Below, one piece after another: positions 59,081 through 64,000 of a stretch of DNA of 64,000 bases; position 1 is the first letter of the stretch; each line of letters begins with the position of its first letter. The translations under genes and the position numbers were made by a program. The notes beneath the pieces are model-generated. The model searched no databases. It saw nothing but the letters and a program-made list of their open reading frames with translations, and was not told where the DNA came from. Source of the DNA: Antechinus flavipes (lineage: Eukaryota); the NCBI RefSeq assembly GCF_016432865.1, contig NC_067403.1:109988001-110052000 (forward strand). The letters are read 5' to 3'.

Positions 59081-61722
59081 AACACCCTAAATAAGCTCAT
59101 TTTAGTGGTTAGCAATCACTGATCATTGCCTAATGTTCTACTTTGTGCAACAAGTGTGGAAATTATAGCTGTAGCTCCTTTACATTCTATAATGAAAACA
59201 ATTAAGAGATGTATTGGTCTGATTAATTCTCTAAAATATTTTCTGTTCCAATGCTAAAGCTCCAGACTTTGTTTTCTTCTTTATAATTTATTTTATAATA
59301 ATAATAATATTAACAATATTATTGTTATATATTATATGTATAAATAAATTTATATATACATATAATATATAATCATGTTATATTATTGTTGTTATTATGG
59401 TCTTTATAATTTATTTTAAAGATCCCATTTAACCTCTTCAGGATGTAAGTTTTGCAAGGCTTTTAGCCAAAATCAACAGCAGTTGATTTTGATGATTCTT
59501 AGGAATTTACACAAAACATAATCGGGTAGATAGGATGTTTCATCATTCATATTTTCCTAGATAAGAGAGCCAAGTCTCATATTTGTAGAGAGAACCATCC
59601 TTTGGCCAAAAGAATTGCTATATTAATGAGTCCACTAAGGTAAGATCTTCTGATGAGTAAAGCACACTTTATGGTTTCTGATAGATCTCTTGAGTTTTGA
59701 CTGTGAATAGAGGACCTTCTCTCTTTCTCCCTAGAATCTATACAATAATTTTTGCAAATTCACTAAAGCAAACCTTATAATTATCTTCCTACTAACTAAG
59801 ACTTAGGGGACAATTGGAATGTATAGATCTTTGAATACTTAGCCCAATTTTGTTGAGTTGAGTTTACATTGACCTTTCTTTGAATAAAAGCTAAGTTAGG
59901 TGGCAAATTCCAGGAGGAAAAACCAAAGTAATATTGATAAGTTTTATAATTAAAATGGAAGCAAGAAATGAAAAATTATTTGGATTATAGGTTCATATAT
60001 TTGAAGATGGGAGGGGCCTTGGATGACACCGAGTCCAATGAGCTCATTTTACAAATGAGAAAACAAGAATGCACTTTAGAATACAAGTTAAAAAAAAAAA
60101 AGTTCACTAGGTCAAAGAACTGTGTGATAATCGGAACATATAACTGCCTTAAGAATAGACCACGGAGCTTGTACGACCTAAACAACAAAAAGCCTTTTGT
60201 AAGACTCATAGTTCACATATGTCGTTCAGATCATGAAACCTACCCATATAATCTGCACAAACATTGTCATTTTTAGTAGGAGATGTGCTTTGGGGAAAAA
60301 CAGATGTCCCTAGTAGTAAGGGATCTAGAATGTTACCATATGTCACAGCAAGTTAGTCACATAAAATGACAGGATGTTAGAATTGAAAGAGACCTTAGAA
60401 ATCATCTAGTACAACTTCCTCCCTTTAGAAATAAGCAAACTGAACCCAGAGATGGATTTTATCCAAAGACACATAGCTAGTTAGTAGAAGAGATACAATA
60501 TCAGAAACCAGGTGTCCTAACTGCCAGTGAAATCAATGAGGATGAGTTTAGAGAACTGATATAAGATGGGAGGGGGAGTTAATATTTTTTCCTTTCCTCT
60601 CTAAAGCCTCTGTATGTTATAGTAAATCCTATATTCAGTGTTGCATGAAACTTAACAGTCCAGTCTATCAAGCCTCAAGCCATTGAAAAATTCAGTATAA
60701 AATATTTTTCCTAGTACAGATAATTAAACTGATTTAATTAGTACTGAACCTAATACATCAAAAGCATGAAGTAAATCTAGCCTTCACTTAAAATAGAACT
60801 ATTTAAAGCTGACTAAATTTTTTGGAGTAATATCTAATATTGATCCCGTTATGACAACATTCACTTTAAAAAACATTTAGTCATTTAGATGAAATAGGTG
60901 AACTTTCAAGAGAAACATTTGGTTTTAGAGTTTCAACTGACTCAAGTCAATAAGAAATTAATCTTGGATCAAAGAATTATTGAAAAAATTTTGTTAAGAC
61001 TTCTAGAACTAGATCAGTAGTTCTAGCTTCATGACTAGATGCTGAATACTCGGAAAGCGTGGTATTTTCCCTGAAAAAAAAGAAAAAAGAAAATAATTGA
61101 TTTTCAAGAGTTGAACATCACAGCGATATCTCCATCCCAGACCACACATTCACTCTGGAGAATTTGCTGAGATTCAGAACTTAGGCTATGACATTTTTTT
61201 TAAATTTAAAATAAAAAAATAATAAAAATTTAAATTTAAAATTTAAAAATATTTATTTGCTTATTACTCTTTGTAATAAATTAGAAAACAGTACAAAAAT
61301 ATTACAAAATATCTTTCCATCAGATTTAAAGCAGGTGACATCATGGAATCAATAGACCAGTGGAGCAAGTTCCAATTCTACCACATCTGGGTCATTTTGG
61401 ACATTTTGAACCTTGGTTTCTGCATATATGAAATAAGAAAGATTGAACTAAATGACTTCTAAAAAGTCTCCTAACTGTTTCTATGATCCAGATCCAATGA
61501 TATTGTGAGATTTTGCCAATCTATTATGACAGTCAGATAAGATACTTTAGGAGAGAGCAGAGAAGAGGAAGAAGAGAAGGGGGTCCAGAAAGTTATATTT
61601 TTGGTTGATAGTAGAAAAAAATTTTCTCGTTACTGTTTATCTTTAATCACTTAAAAATAGCACTGAACTTAAAAAATTGTACCAAGTATGTGTTGACATC
61701 ATAGCACATTGTTTTATTCTCA

Positions 61723-61906
61723 CAGTGGTTCTTAACCCTTTTAGAATTGTGAATAGTTTACTGATATCTGTGAATCACTTCTTGGAACAATGTTTTTAAA
61801 TTCATAAAATAAAATGCATAGGATTACAAAGAAAACTATACTGAAATAGTTATCAAAATGAGTTTTAAAAATAACAAGTTAATGAACCTCCGGTTAAAAA
61901 CACTTG
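61723..61906. mobile_element. hAT-Charlie (MER5-like) MITE
   Basis: TIRs cagtggttcttaac / gttaaaaacacttg. Confidence 0.7.
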
Positions 61907-62394
61907 CTTTATAGAATTAGCATATTTCAAGAGAAAAAAAATAGTACATAATTGAATTTCAATCAATTACATCCCATTTTAAGTGCCTAATTTTTATTAT
62001 TTAAAAGATCATATGATATTTGATTAGAAATGAATATTGCATTGTAACAGCTGAGGAAAGGAAATAATTCAAAGAAACTCGGGATGATTCCTGTGAAATG
62101 ATAATGAGTGAAAGGAGTAGAATCGGGAAAACATTTCTGTGATTACAGTAACAACATTGTAAAGAAATGAATAAGGACAAGTCCTGGCGATATCACCAAT
62201 ATAAGAAACCTGAGCAAAGAAACTCATATATCCATGTTAAGTCAGTGCTTTCTCTACAACTTGTCACAGAAAACAGCCTAGAGCACTAAGAGATTAAATG
62301 ATTTGCCCAGAGTCATACAGATGGTATATGTCACATTCTATTAGAGGGAGATTACATTTATAGAAATTTCCTGCCTCAAATCAGATGGAAAGGT

Positions 62395-62880
62395 CCCACT
62401 GTCCTAAAGCAGATGGCACTGCCTTTTCTTTAATATCAATTCCACTAATGGAACTTCATTAGTTTCTGATATTGAGCCATTTGACAGTCCCAAGAACTTT
62501 GGTGGCAAAAATTTTTTCAGAATCTTCAGCAGTTGTGGCTGCATGTCCATCAGAGTTGCTTCCCAGGATGAATGCTTTGAGAGCAGATTGGGTTTGATTT
62601 AGGAGGAAAAGGATCTTTCAATGCTCTTGGGTTCGAAGTCCTGGGTTATGTCAATCTAGTTCCCAGGGGAAGTGGTAAGTGAGGTGATGGTGGGTAGTGG
62701 TTTGACTTGCCTGGCACATGCTATTCCCACTTCTCCTTGCTGCTTCAGTTGGATGATTTGCCTACCCCACAAGTACAATTTATTGCCATATGGTGGGGAT
62801 GACTGTATCCATGTATGCAACCTTCGTTTCCTTCTTCACCTCTGCCTGTTGTCTTCCCTAGTTACTTTTCAGTCCTAACT
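62395..62880 (-). pseudogene. YBX3: Y-box protein (YBX3-like) processed pseudogene fragment, 5' part
   Basis: Minus strand 62461-62530 reads AEDSEKIFATKVLGTVKWLNIRN, versus YBX3 SEDAEKKVLATKVLGTVKWFNVRN, followed by stop codons. Upstream ATG-like start (62717-62719) MCQASQTTT and QDFEPKS resemble the YBX3 N-terminus. Intronless, with frameshifts. Confidence 0.75.
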
Positions 62881-62960
62881 AAAAATCTCACCTTCTATCT
62901 GAAAACTTTCTCAATTCCTCTTAATTCTACAACTTTCTTGAGAGCCAAGAGAGACTTCTA

Positions 62961-63392
62961 GGGGAGGACCCAAGATGGCAGAGTGAAACCAAGGAGGTGC
63001 TCCAGTTCTCACAATTTCCCTCAAATACCATATGAAACCAAGCCTCTGAACAGAGTCTGATGGAATGAAAACACTCTCTAAAGAAAGATCAGTCTCACTG
63101 GGGTGCAAAGGGTGTTCAGCTTAGATCAGATAGAGGTTAGCTAGTGAGAGGGTCTAAATAATATCAAATCAGCAACTATGACTCTCAATCTTGACTCAGT
63201 AGAGCAGCAAATCAGTGGGGCACCTTCCAGTCCCAGCTCGAAGGCAAAATCTGGGATTTCAGGCTGAAAAGAGCAGGCAAAGCTACCCCCTGCAAACACA
63301 AGGGGCCCCTGTGCTCAAAGCCAAGGCTCAGAGATGCACAGAAAGTTTGGGACAACATCCCCTTTGCCCCAGAAGCAGAGTTCAACCATAAA

Positions 63393-63423
<31 letters not shown>

Positions 63424-64000
63424 GGAAAGAAAATAAGCAAGAAACAGAAAAGAACTTTATAGTAGAAAGCTACTATAGTTACAGAGAAAACCAAAACACC
63501 AACTTAAACACAGACAAAATGTCCACAGAGGAAATCTCAAAGAGTGATATGAATTAGTCTCAAGCTCAAATAGGCTTCTTGGAAGTGCTTATAAAAGTCT
63601 TTAAAAGACTTTATAAAAGTCTTTTCATTTCTTAATGAAAGAGGTAGAAGAAAAAATGAGAAAAGAAATGAGAGGTATGCAAGTGAGAGTTAACCTCTTG
63701 GAAAAGAAAGGCAGTTCCTTAAAAAAATACTATTGGCCAAATGCAAACAAAACAAAAAAATATCCACGGAAGAAAGCAATACCTTCAAAAATAGAATTAA
63801 CAAAATTGAAAAAGAGATACAAAAGCTAACTGATGAAATCACACATTAAAAACTAGAATGGGGCAAATGGAGACTAATGCTCTATGAGATAGCAAGAATC
63901 AGTCAAACAAACTAAAAAGTGTGACAGGATAACACACACTATGACCAAGTAAGAATTATACCAAGGATGCAGGGCTGGTTCAATTATCAGGAAAACTATT
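62961..64000 (+). mobile_element. L1 with intact-looking 5'UTR, decayed ORF1 and an abrupt jump to the ORF2 RT region; runs off the window
   Basis: ggggaggacccaagatggcagagtg head; ORF1 remnants 63430-63920; then sequence matching the RT motif [23 protein letters not shown] from ~63925. Confidence 0.85.

Noticed and set aside
1-64000. CRISPR arrays, rRNA genes, prokaryotic systems or an intact autonomous retroelement
   Set aside because: The window is eukaryotic DNA with no spaced direct-repeat arrays, no rRNA-like sequence, and no open L1 ORF1/ORF2 or retroviral ORF.

Overview
AT-rich marsupial genomic DNA, probably Australidelphian or dasyurid given the WSINE1 and MAR1 SINEs, from a draft assembly with four N-gaps. 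It is mostly intergenic or intronic and dense in old and young retroelements: L1, an ORF1-only HAL1-like element, L2, L3/CR1, MIR, MAR1, WSINE1, one solo LTR, and hAT and mariner MITEs. The only convincing protein-coding feature is an intronless 382-codon perilipin-3 (PLIN3/TIP47)-derived ORF at 37438-38586 (+). It is highly diverged yet uninterrupted. Relative to PLIN3 it has lost about 40 aa of the PAT domain in frame and gained a 19-residue hydrophobic stretch in the helix bundle. It sits downstream of a compact CRE-like/CCAAT cluster that may be a bidirectional promoter. Also present: a decayed YBX3-like processed pseudogene (62395-62880, -), a 50-bp local templated copy of a SINE junction inside an L1, several repeat-free islands and some unverified candidate exons. 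No CRISPR, rRNA or true tRNA genes were seen. Protein and repeat comparisons were made by eye from remembered sequences, not by database search. Repeat boundaries are approximate unless a target-site duplication (TSD) is quoted.
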